Positions 21,041-29,878 of a DNA stretch of 64,000 nucleotides are shown piece by piece. The notes beneath the pieces were generated by a model, which was not told where the DNA came from, did not search any database, and was given only the letters and a program-made list of their open reading frames with translations. How positions within the stretch are numbered: the stretch's first letter is position 1; the number at the start of each line of letters is the position of its first letter. Origin of the DNA: Promethearchaeia archaeon (GTDB lineage: Archaea; Asgardarchaeota; Lokiarchaeia; Sigyniarchaeales; SOKP01); NCBI GenBank assembly GCA_029856145.1, contig JAHQWK010000001.1, positions 585,474 to 649,473 of the forward strand, in the 5' to 3' direction. Both the position numbers and the translations under genes were made by a program.

Positions 21041-22708
21041 TTAAATATATATGGAAAATAAAAATCCTAAAGCTAGAAAAATCAAACTTAGGACAAATAA
21101 AATCTTATTAATTAAATTAAAAATTGGATATTCCTCTTGGATTTCTCTTGGGCTTGTAGCCATTGTGTAACCACTAAATGACATTATTGAAAAGAATGTA
21201 ATCCAAAAATAAAAGCATAATTGCCAGAGAGTATAAAATATGGAGTTATGGATCAAATAAGACAATCCTCCCAAGAAAATTATATTAATTATCCCAAAAA
21301 AAATACCTTTAAAAATAAATCTCCTAGTGAATCTTGAAATTGGGAATAACAGCGCAATAATAAAATTTGATATAATTATCCAAAGCGATAGCTCACCAAT
21401 CCACCATAACTTGTTAAACCAAGTTAGGATCGAGAATAGTAGAACTAATCCAATTAGAGGTAGGATAAATATTTTTCGAAATAAAAATGATGTATGAGTT
21501 ATTCCCCCACGAATTCGATGGAATAATGTAAATTTAGCTAATTTCATTCGGTCAGGTTTTTGAGCAGGATTTTCATCAAGAAATTGAGGTATAGATTTTG
21601 ACCAAACTGGTCCGTATTTAACTCTAAAAGGGAATTTTTCTGAATTCTTCGGAAGTTGAGGTATAGCTACACCTCCAGCTGAAAGTTGTGGCAGTAATAA
21701 TGTTTTTTTTTGAGTTATATTTTTTATCCCTGTTGCTTCTATTGCCTCAAGAAGTTGCATATTTCCAAAATCATTACCACGAGCGGCACACCATACATTT
21801 ATGCCGTTTGAATCAATACACAATACCCACGCATCAAGTCCTTTAAGATCACGCATCACCTTAATATAAGTAAATTCATAATTAGCGGTGACAATTATAG
21901 GCGATTTTTCATTAGGATTTCCAGATTGATAAATCCCGGGTTCGATAGGAACACGATCAACTTGTCCAGTGAAAATACAACGATAAATTCTTAATTGAGA
22001 TCGAAGTCCCTTAAATCTCTTTATTTCGGGCCTATAATACCCCGGTTCATTAGTTCCCTTATCATTAATTTTTTGTAGTTCTATCGCTTGGATTGATCCA
22101 TGCTTCCATTTTATCTGAGTATTGATTTTAAAACCGATTGGGTCTAAATATTTAAGAAACCACTTAACAAGATAAGTACTTTTTAAACGTAAACGTCTTA
22201 ATTTCTTTTTATACCGCCATCTTTTAAACTTAAACAGTAACTTCCAAAATCCAGAGGGAAAAAATTCAGCGGCTAAAATTAAACGACCATTTGGTTTCAA
22301 TGATTTCCATACGTTTCTAAGAAATAATTGCTGTTCTAAAGGACGAAGTTCAGATAACATAAATTTACTTACTACAATATCTTGAGAACCGTCTGGTGTT
22401 GGTAAATCGGTAAATGAACCTGTTTGATATAATAGTTTTCCACCAGATAAATCCGTTGGATAATTCTTCATAGCATAATCAATCATTTGAAAGTTTCTGT
22501 CAATTGCAATTACATTATTCCCTTTTTGCACCATTTTTGAAGCAAGCAAGCCTGTACCGCATCCAATTTCTAATATAGATTCGGAACTATTAATTCGATT
22601 TATAATCCAGTTCTGAACTTCAATATTTACTCCTTTTGTTAAGGCAGTAAATTTAGAATCGTAAGTTTCTGGCTCTTCTTCTAGTTTTCGCATATAAACG
22701 ACGGCCAT
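21041..22708 (-). CDS. hgcA: fusion of class I SAM methyltransferase, HgcA-like corrinoid domain and TM domain
   Basis: ILEIGCGTG..LKPNGRL (MTase); VTANY, GINVWCAARG (motif at 21782-21799), LPQLSAGGV, VKYGPV (HgcA/CdhD corrinoid domain); about five TMs with FSGYT..TSP. Confidence 0.75.
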   Translation of the reverse strand: MAVVYMRKLEEEPETYDSKFTALTKGVNIEVQNWIINRINSSESILEIGCGTGLLASKMVQKGNNVIAIDRNFQMIDYAMKNYPTDLSGGKLLYQTGSFTDLPTPDGSQDIVVSKFMLSELRPLEQQLFLRNVWKSLKPNGRLILAAEFFPSGFWKLLFKFKRWRYKKKLRRLRLKSTYLVKWFLKYLDPIGFKINTQIKWKHGSIQAIELQKINDKGTNEPGYYRPEIKRFKGLRSQLRIYRCIFTGQVDRVPIEPGIYQSGNPNEKSPIIVTANYEFTYIKVMRDLKGLDAWVLCIDSNGINVWCAARGNDFGNMQLLEAIEATGIKNITQKKTLLLPQLSAGGVAIPQLPKNSEKFPFRVKYGPVWSKSIPQFLDENPAQKPDRMKLAKFTLFHRIRGGITHTSFLFRKIFILPLIGLVLLFSILTWFNKLWWIGELSLWIIISNFIIALLFPISRFTRRFIFKGIFFGIINIIFLGGLSYLIHNSIFYTLWQLCFYFWITFFSIMSFSGYTMATSPREIQEEYPIFNLINKILFVLSLIFLALGFLFSIYI

Positions 22709-22776
22709 AAGCAAACACTCTATTATTAATACATTAATTTTTATTTTAAAACACTTGAAATATTAAAGAGATCAAT

Positions 22777-23346
22777 TTATTTTTGTAGTAGTTTTGCTGT
22801 TTTTAGAATATTGAATCCAAGAATTTCTGCTTGTTTTAACCGGTTTTCTTGGTTTAAAATATCACCTGGCTTGTCAGCAACAGCTTTTACCCCATGTAAT
22901 TCACCAGGAACACATATAATTCCACATGAGAGCATCCATGCATGAATGGCATTAATTGTTATTGCTTGACCTCCCGATGTTCCATTACCAACCGCGATAG
23001 CTCCTCCTACTTTCCCTTCTAAAGGTTTTTTGACCTTTACCGCATAATGTCTATCAAGTAAGGAGAGTAATTGAGCACTAACATTTAGGTAATAAACAGG
23101 ACTTGAGATTATAATTGCATTACACCATCGAAACGCATCATAAATCTCTTGCATATCGTCATTAATAATACAAGTACCAGTTTCCCTACATGAGTCGCAG
23201 GCATTACAAGGTTTAATTTCTAATTCGCTTAAAAGGAAAATTTTAACATTCCATGCATTATTTTCAAAAGGTTTTAGAGCATATCTTAGGAGGAGTTCAC
23301 TATTCCCTTTCTTCCTAGGAGTCCCTGATATACCAATAACATTCAT
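22777..23346 (-). CDS. iron-sulfur flavoprotein / NADPH-dependent FMN reductase family
   Basis: ISGTPRKKGNS, CNACDSCRETGTC, DDMQ, SPVY. Confidence 0.9.
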   Translation of the reverse strand: MNVIGISGTPRKKGNSELLLRYALKPFENNAWNVKIFLLSELEIKPCNACDSCRETGTCIINDDMQEIYDAFRWCNAIIISSPVYYLNVSAQLLSLLDRHYAVKVKKPLEGKVGGAIAVGNGTSGGQAITINAIHAWMLSCGIICVPGELHGVKAVADKPGDILNQENRLKQAEILGFNILKTAKLLQK

Positions 23347-23429
23347 TCTTTTTCACACTTAATAATAACTTTATTATTATAATCCTCTTTAGCGCCTTCG
23401 GAACAACAACTTTGATCTTTATCTCCCAT
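23343..23429 (-). CDS. 28-aa Cys-Cys peptide (MGDKDQSCCSEGAKEDYNNKVIIKCEKE)
   Basis: GAGG upstream of ATG; its TGA overlaps the next gene's ATG (ATGA coupling); below the ORF-track size cutoff. Confidence 0.55.
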   Translation of the reverse strand: MGDKDQSCCSEGAKEDYNNKVIIKCEKE

Positions 23430-23496
23430 TTTTTATTGCCTCTTTAATTCATTTTTAAATTTTATTTTTAAGCTATTGAAGTACTAATAGAATGTA

Positions 23497-23520
23497 TCAC
23501 ATAAAAATATTTCGATGTGA
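23497..23520. promoter_or_regulatory. candidate ArsR/SmtB operator (24-bp imperfect palindrome)
   Basis: TCACATAAAAATATTTCGATGTGA matches its reverse complement at 20/24 positions; lies between divergent arsR and the hgcA-like operon. Confidence 0.7.
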
Positions 23521-23604
23521 ATTTAGATTTATAAATATGAATAAAATTTTTATAATTTCATTCCTTCTATTATAGTAACAATACAAAAATACAATGATAT
23601 TTAG

Positions 23605-23997
23605 ATGAAAGTAGAAAGAAAGAAAGAAATTAAAGACACATTATGTGGATGCAATGATTGTTCTAATGGTGATACATACTTCGAACGCCTACAACAAATT
23701 GGAAAAGCTCTAAAATTTGATCAAAAATTAAATTCGCTGTCAACATTTTTTAATGCTTTAGGAAACAAGGAACGTTTAACTATACTGACAGCATTAAAGA
23801 ATAAAGAACGTTGTGTATGTGAACTAGAAGCGATCTTAGATAAATCTCAACCTTCAATTTCTCACCACCTTCGAGAACTAGAAAAAGTGGGCTTGATTCG
23901 AGGGTGGAAAAAAGGGAAATATACCTACTATACCTTATTAAAAAAAGAATTTGAAATGTATTTGGCAAATTTTAATCAAGAATTTAGTTTTGAATAA
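23605..23997 (+). CDS. arsR: ArsR/SmtB metal(loid)-sensing repressor
   Basis: FNALGNKERL, CVCELE (alpha3 site), SQPSISHHLREL..GL; extra N-terminal CGCNDC. Confidence 0.88.
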   Translation: MKVERKKEIKDTLCGCNDCSNGDTYFERLQQIGKALKFDQKLNSLSTFFNALGNKERLTILTALKNKERCVCELEAILDKSQPSISHHLRELEKVGLIRGWKKGKYTYYTLLKKEFEMYLANFNQEFSFE

Positions 23998-24052
23998 ATG
24001 AAAAAACAGAAAGAATTCTTTTAAATGCAACAAAGAAAAAGAAGAATTAAGA

Positions 24053-24709
24053 TTAAATAGATTCTGAATGCTTCTTTAGCATATCTGCGTTTGTTTTACC
24101 CATTCTTACTGCTAGCTCAGCTATAATTGAATCAAGATATACAAATGCCGCAATTTCAAATTGGGTTCCCTCAGTAGTTAAGATTGCGGTATCATCTTGA
24201 GGATCAGTACGATCTCGTTTTGTTCGCCCCTTTAATTTAATAGTAACATCAGCAATCCTTCCAATAATTGATTCTGTATGAGATGTTATTGACACAATTG
24301 CATATGGTTTTACAGTATTAACATAATTCTCTAATAATGATACTACAATCTTGGTAGTTCCCGATCCTGAGAGTACAATCAATATATCATTTTTAGTAAC
24401 TGCCGGTATTGAAGCTAAATTGGTCACCATATATACCTCTGTTCCAAGATGGACTAAACGTGTGGAAAAGGCTTGAAGTATAAATGCACTCCTCCCAGAA
24501 GCGAGTAAAAAAAACTTTCGCTTGTTTATAATACCATCATAAACTAACTCAATGAATTTTTGAGTAAATTTAAAATGTTTATCCTTCTTGAGATGTTCAA
24601 CATTTTCATCAAGATTTTTCATAAGTATCTCCATAGCACGAAAAAGGGTTTCTTTCGCTCTACCATTTACTTCAATCTGGTTTTGTTCCATGTTAGTTTT
24701 ATCAACCAT
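24053..24709 (-). CDS. hxlB: 6-phospho-3-hexuloisomerase (SIS domain)
   Basis: ASGRS, RLVHLG, LSGSGTT, GTQFE, C-terminal KH. Confidence 0.85.
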   Translation of the reverse strand: MVDKTNMEQNQIEVNGRAKETLFRAMEILMKNLDENVEHLKKDKHFKFTQKFIELVYDGIINKRKFFLLASGRSAFILQAFSTRLVHLGTEVYMVTNLASIPAVTKNDILIVLSGSGTTKIVVSLLENYVNTVKPYAIVSITSHTESIIGRIADVTIKLKGRTKRDRTDPQDDTAILTTEGTQFEIAAFVYLDSIIAELAVRMGKTNADMLKKHSESI

Positions 24710-24886
24710 AATTATTTTCGATGTTTTTAATCCAATATTATATATAAAGAAGGATATAAAAAATACATTTTGGTTAATATTATTTTAAATTTTAGATATT
24801 AAAATACCTTGTATTAAGAGATTGATTAAGAAATTTGATATTTGCTAATAATGAAAGAATTAAATATCCTATAAAATATTATTAAT

Positions 24887-24956
24887 TGTGCCCATTTATA
24901 GTGTCTTTATGAGATTAATTATTAATTCGATGATTATTGATCTCCAAATGGGCACA
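24887..24956. repeat. 70-nt intergenic inverted repeat / long hairpin
   Basis: Perfect 11-bp TGTGCCCATTT/AAATGGGCACA enclosing a second stem GAGATTAAT/ATTGATCTC. Confidence 0.7.
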
Positions 24957-24989
24957 CATATTTTAGAATGAAATTCTGACAAATACTAA

Positions 24990-25859
24990 CTAGATTAAAA
25001 GAGCTCCAATTGCAGCACAAAATTCAGAGTTTTTTAAGAAAATTGCTTTTTTATTTTTTACTTTACATAATAGAGATAAGACTTTCTTTAAAATCCTATT
25101 TTCTTTTAAAAATCCACCACAAAACACGATATCTGTTACATCATTATTAGCTGCTATAACAGTAGCAATTGTACCTAAATTCTCACCAATCATGCAAATT
25201 ATAGAATTAATAAAATCTTCTTTCTTTAAAGACTCATTCTTAAATTTCATGTCAATCTTGCCTAATGAAGCTGCTGTGAATTCTCTAAAAAGTAGATCCA
25301 CTCTATTATCTTCGAGTGAGTATATATCTGAGACTTTTAAATCGACTTTATATCGATTTCCCTTTTTAGCTAAATTTATTGCTTCTTGGAAATCATTTAA
25401 ATTGAATAATAATTTTATTATACCCATAAAAAAACCTCCCCCGAGAGCTGAGCCTCCCAAATGTTCAATGTGATCACTTTTTAATACAATCGATGTCCCT
25501 GTTCCTATAGTTACTACTATTGACCTTGAAAGATCTTTCTTTTTTTCCAGACTATAGAGAAATTCGATGCCTTTAACATTCGCATCGAATTCGTTTATTA
25601 AATTTGCCGTAAAATTTTTGGAATATTCTTTATATAAATCAAAGCTCTTTCCCCCTGTAAAACTGAAAATATTGAATTGACCTTTCTTTAATTTTAAAAA
25701 TTCCTCGATTGTGGCAATACTAGTTTGTGTTGGAAAAGAAGTTAAAATTAATTCTTTCCCTTCTAAATATGCAAATTTCGAAAGAGTTTGTCCTATATCG
25801 ATCCCTAGCTTATCTGAGGGAATTTTAATAATATTATCGCTTAGATTAATTTTTAACAT
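24990..25859 (-). CDS. type II (Fumble-like) pantothenate kinase
   Basis: GIDIGQTLSK, FTGG, EFDA..KG, IGTGTSI, LGGSALGGG, VDLKVSDIY, AASLGK. Confidence 0.88.
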   Translation of the reverse strand: MLKINLSDNIIKIPSDKLGIDIGQTLSKFAYLEGKELILTSFPTQTSIATIEEFLKLKKGQFNIFSFTGGKSFDLYKEYSKNFTANLINEFDANVKGIEFLYSLEKKKDLSRSIVVTIGTGTSIVLKSDHIEHLGGSALGGGFFMGIIKLLFNLNDFQEAINLAKKGNRYKVDLKVSDIYSLEDNRVDLLFREFTAASLGKIDMKFKNESLKKEDFINSIICMIGENLGTIATVIAANNDVTDIVFCGGFLKENRILKKVLSLLCKVKNKKAIFLKNSEFCAAIGALLI

Positions 25860-25920
25860 CCTACCTATTACTTAACTTAAAATTCAATTCTTTCATTATT
25901 TTATATTATTAATTTAATAA

Positions 25921-27408
25921 ATGAATTGCTTAACTACATTCTTTATGTTAGTCCAATCAAAATCAAAGAAAACTGAAGTTGTGATAAGTAAAGGTAATAC
26001 TCCAAAAGAAAGTTTATTAAAAGGAATTGAACAACTTGGAGGGATTTCTAAATTTATTAGTAAAGATGATAACATTTTTATTAAGTTTAATTTAAACCTA
26101 CCAGGAGGTTTCCCCACAAACACAAATTTTGATGTGCTAGAAACACTTATCACCTCTTGTAAACAAGCAGGAGCTGATAATATTTATTTAGGCAGTTTTC
26201 CGATTAGGGGAATTCCAATTAAGATTATTTCAGATTTATTAAACCTAAAGGAGCATTTTGAAACTCTTGGAGCAGAATTGGTATTTCTAGATAATAGTGA
26301 TATTTTTGAGAATAAGGATATTAGCCAAGATCAATTAAAGAAAATTAAGTATGAATCGCTTACTCCAGTGGAAATGAATGGTAATGAGTTTTTTATCCCA
26401 GCCATAATTCTTAATTCAAATAAATTCATATCTGTTAATCAACTTAACGTAAACCCATTATTCAAGTTAAACCTATCTTTATTAAACTTATATTCAATCG
26501 TTCCTCCGAGATATCGAGTAATTGGAAAAAATGTAAAAGAGAATATTTCTCATAATCAATATAAGAAAGATTTAATATCGAATATTTTAGATATTTATGC
26601 AATTAAACAACCTAATTTAATTATTAATGATATATTTTACATCTTAGAAGGTGCTGGTCCTTATATATATAAAGATTCTAAAATAAAAACGACTAATTTA
26701 ATGATTATCGGAGATGACGCAATTGCGGTTGATGTGGTTACATTAAACACATTAAATCTTGAAATTAACAGTAGTGAGTTAATATTACAAGCAAATAATA
26801 GAAATATTGATGTTCCCAAATTTTCTAATATCAAAATTTTAGGAGAAAAAGTTGAAGATACTAGGACTCATGTTGAATTATGTGTTTCAGAGCTTGAAGA
26901 TATTAAAGTAAGGAATTTTACCATTAGTTCAGGTAAAATTTGTTCCGGATGCTTTAAACAAGCTTACCATTTATTAAATTTCATGAAAACATATATGGGA
27001 AAAGATCTAAAATATAATGTCAATAATTCCTTTTTAATTGGTGAAAAACCACCAGAGCCAAATCAAGCAAATAATTTTTTCCTTTTTGGAGATTGTGCCA
27101 TAAATAATACAAAAAATTACAAATTTAGGAAAATTATTATAGAATCTAAAAAAGATCTCATAGGAGGAGCAAAAAGTAAGATTTTAAAGGAATCTAAATC
27201 CAAAAAGAAAACAAAAATTAAGGAGAAGCAAAATAAAAATATTTTAGATTTACCTGGTTGTCCTCCTAATATTTTTAATTGCTTGGAATTAATATTGAAA
27301 TATTTTGGTAAGAAAGAGGTACCTAATCTAAACCTATTTGCAAATATTAACAGATTTTGGATTACTGGGAACTTAAATAATAAATTAAAACTCTGGGAGG
27401 CGCTCTAG
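25921..27408 (+). CDS. DUF362-family Fe-S protein
   Basis: IKFNL, LEGAGP, DAIAVD, CSGC, FGDC, LPGCPP; start may be ATG at 25945. Confidence 0.75.
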   Translation: MNCLTTFFMLVQSKSKKTEVVISKGNTPKESLLKGIEQLGGISKFISKDDNIFIKFNLNLPGGFPTNTNFDVLETLITSCKQAGADNIYLGSFPIRGIPIKIISDLLNLKEHFETLGAELVFLDNSDIFENKDISQDQLKKIKYESLTPVEMNGNEFFIPAIILNSNKFISVNQLNVNPLFKLNLSLLNLYSIVPPRYRVIGKNVKENISHNQYKKDLISNILDIYAIKQPNLIINDIFYILEGAGPYIYKDSKIKTTNLMIIGDDAIAVDVVTLNTLNLEINSSELILQANNRNIDVPKFSNIKILGEKVEDTRTHVELCVSELEDIKVRNFTISSGKICSGCFKQAYHLLNFMKTYMGKDLKYNVNNSFLIGEKPPEPNQANNFFLFGDCAINNTKNYKFRKIIIESKKDLIGGAKSKILKESKSKKKTKIKEKQNKNILDLPGCPPNIFNCLELILKYFGKKEVPNLNLFANINRFWITGNLNNKLKLWEAL

Positions 27409-27412
27409 TTAA

Positions 27413-28993
27413 TTGATCAATAAAAAATTCAAGGATAATTGGTTAAAGATACTAAAGTTCAATGCAAATAGAGATATATTGGAAGATCCTGAGAAAGTAA
27501 AGGAATATTTTAGAATACCATTTAGCCCAATATCTATAAATGCTAATCTCTTGTATCAATTTTTTGAGCTTTTATATCCAAAATTTATAAATGACCAACA
27601 GAATATTCTTGATATAATAATATCAGATGATGATAAAAAGAATAAGGTTCAAAATTTATTTCTATATAAAACTAAGAAAGCGGGTATTCATGAGACTGTA
27701 GAATCCCTCCCTAATAATATAATTCGAATTAAAAGTCTAGAAATTGAAAACTTGGATGAAGTATTTGATAAAGTGCAAAAAACTATAATAAAAGAAAAAA
27801 GTGTCCGAATATCATCAATTCGTTTTTTTAGAAAAGAAGCTATTGATCTAATAAATAAACATTGTGAAGGGATAGAAGAAATCTCAATATATGAGTTTTT
27901 AGAGCGCTCTATGGGTTTAGTTCAAAAAATTATTAATCAAGATTTAGTTTTAATTTATCCTGAACCTATGGTTATTAAATTTCTTAGAAATAGTTTAGTA
28001 TTGTTAGATAAAATCCAACTCCAAAACTTATTTAAAATCATAGAAGAAATTTTCCCTGAATTCAATCTTTCTTTACTAATAAATGGAAGTGGTATAAAAG
28101 TAATAGTTCATTTGCAGAAACAGTTATCTAAGTTTGGAAAATCTAATTTGGCAATAAATTTCTTAACTCCAGATGAGTTAGGCATTAACCTAAATAATTC
28201 AAACATAAAGGATAATTTAAATTTAATTCAAAAGAAATTAAAAACTGAAAATACATATTATATAAATCAAAATGATATTATCTCTTTTGTTTCAGATTCT
28301 TTCGAGCTCTCAGTTCCATTAAAAAAAGATAACGTACTATTTTTACTTCAAAAAGCTTTATTTGGTTATCGAAGTTTTGAGAATCACTGGGATATGGTTC
28401 CACGTCCTAAAATTTACAAAACATTAATTAGATTTATAATTCGACTATTTGGGTTTAATTTAAATCTTAAAAAACTCTCACATTGGGCAATTCCCGATTT
28501 AATTTTTAATTACATTGATTTTTACATAGGACTAAATTCTAGAGTCTTATTTATTATTACTGATCAAGAAAAAAACAAGAATGGGAAAACATCTCGAAAT
28601 AATATTTTTAAGAACTCATGTAATAACATTTTTCTATTAAAATTTGAAGAAAGTACATTAAAAAATATAACAACAATTGATAAAGAAGAGCTTTTTTCAG
28701 GTACATATAACTCAATATATTCAATTAAAGAAAAAGTAGCAGAAAAATTTGGCTATACTTCCGCTGTTATTGTTTTTGATAAATTTCTGCTTCAGAATAT
28801 CATTAAATATTTTATTTTCAGCCATTCGAAATTTTCTTTTTTCCCTCGATTTAAAACATTGAAGATGTTGAAGAACGAGAAGTTTTTTAGGATACATCCG
28901 GAATTTTCATTTTATACATTAATTAAAAAGAGGAGAACAACAGCTCTAATAAAATTATTATTACCAATATTAATTGATAAACATGAATTTTAA
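27413..28993 (+). CDS. hypothetical protein
   Basis: 526-aa ORF, GGAGG upstream, co-oriented; no motif recognised. Confidence 0.7.
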   Translation: MINKKFKDNWLKILKFNANRDILEDPEKVKEYFRIPFSPISINANLLYQFFELLYPKFINDQQNILDIIISDDDKKNKVQNLFLYKTKKAGIHETVESLPNNIIRIKSLEIENLDEVFDKVQKTIIKEKSVRISSIRFFRKEAIDLINKHCEGIEEISIYEFLERSMGLVQKIINQDLVLIYPEPMVIKFLRNSLVLLDKIQLQNLFKIIEEIFPEFNLSLLINGSGIKVIVHLQKQLSKFGKSNLAINFLTPDELGINLNNSNIKDNLNLIQKKLKTENTYYINQNDIISFVSDSFELSVPLKKDNVLFLLQKALFGYRSFENHWDMVPRPKIYKTLIRFIIRLFGFNLNLKKLSHWAIPDLIFNYIDFYIGLNSRVLFIITDQEKNKNGKTSRNNIFKNSCNNIFLLKFEESTLKNITTIDKEELFSGTYNSIYSIKEKVAEKFGYTSAVIVFDKFLLQNIIKYFIFSHSKFSFFPRFKTLKMLKNEKFFRIHPEFSFYTLIKKRRTTALIKLLLPILIDKHEF

Positions 28994-29002
28994 CGTTATC
29001 AT

Positions 29003-29099
29003 TTATTTTATAAATCCTTTAGTTACTCAATAATTCAGCATTTAAAATAGCACTAACTATCCCTGTAGCACCTAAAATCCCTACTTTAAACTTTGTCAT
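29003..29099 (-). pseudogene. asd: internally deleted aspartate-semialdehyde dehydrogenase relic
   Basis: MTKFKVGILGATGIV (Asd N-terminal Rossmann motif) joined directly to SAILNAELL, then VTKGFIK* after a 1-nt shift (Asd C-terminus). Confidence 0.65.
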
Positions 29100-29302
29100 C
29101 AGAAAACCTATAGAAATTAATTTTCAATATTTTAAAAGAAAAAAAATACTTTTTACTCTATAATCAATTAAGGGCTATATTATATATTCTCAAAAATCTA
29201 TTTTTGTTAACTTTTTATTTTTAAAAATCTTTAAGTAAATAGAAATCAAGAACATATTTGAGATATAAAATTATTATTAACTATAATTATTATGTGATAC
29301 TT

Positions 29303-29833
29303 ATGCCAGGACCATTTGATGAACTAGAAAAAGAAGCAGAATTCTTAGAAAAACGATCAAAAGAAGAATTTAATCAGAAAAATTTTACATCAACGATTTC
29401 TTTACTTGAGGAAGCGAAAGAGATTTATTCGAAATTAGGATATAACGGCAAGATTGGAATGATTAAAAAACGTATATTCCAGGTAAAAAATTTAGTTAAA
29501 TTTGAGAAACAGGATACAATCGTAAAAACTAAAGGTGAATTTGAATTTCGGCAACGTGTTGATAAAGTTTTGGGAGAAAAAGAAAGATACGCTGATAAAA
29601 AACTGGCAGAACAGAAAACTTTGTCCACAGATATGAAGAATAAGCTTGAAAAGATCAATTTACTCCTAGAAAAGGCAGAAAAAGAAGAAAAATTAGGAAA
29701 ATATCCAAGAGTGATAGGAAGATATGAATATCTTTTAGAATTATATAAATCAATACCCAAAGAAATAGTAAATTTTTCTAAAGAAATTTATGAAATTGAA
29801 AAGAAAATTGCGATGTTTCGTGAAAAATTGTAA
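29303..29833 (+). CDS. helical protein with two TPR/MIT-like helix pairs
   Basis: EAE.LEK.SKEEF....F...I.LLEEA and LEKAEKEEKLGKY..VI..YE; ATG at 29303 preferred. Confidence 0.65.
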   Translation: MPGPFDELEKEAEFLEKRSKEEFNQKNFTSTISLLEEAKEIYSKLGYNGKIGMIKKRIFQVKNLVKFEKQDTIVKTKGEFEFRQRVDKVLGEKERYADKKLAEQKTLSTDMKNKLEKINLLLEKAEKEEKLGKYPRVIGRYEYLLELYKSIPKEIVNFSKEIYEIEKKIAMFREKL

Positions 29834-29878
29834 ATTTGCTAATTCTTTTTATTAAAAAAAAAAAGTTTATGAATTTTT

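Noticed and set aside
23343-23345. Sec read-through of the Cys-Cys peptide stop
   Set aside because: The continuation is short, out of frame with the flavoprotein, and no SECIS was seen; the ATGA overlap explains it.
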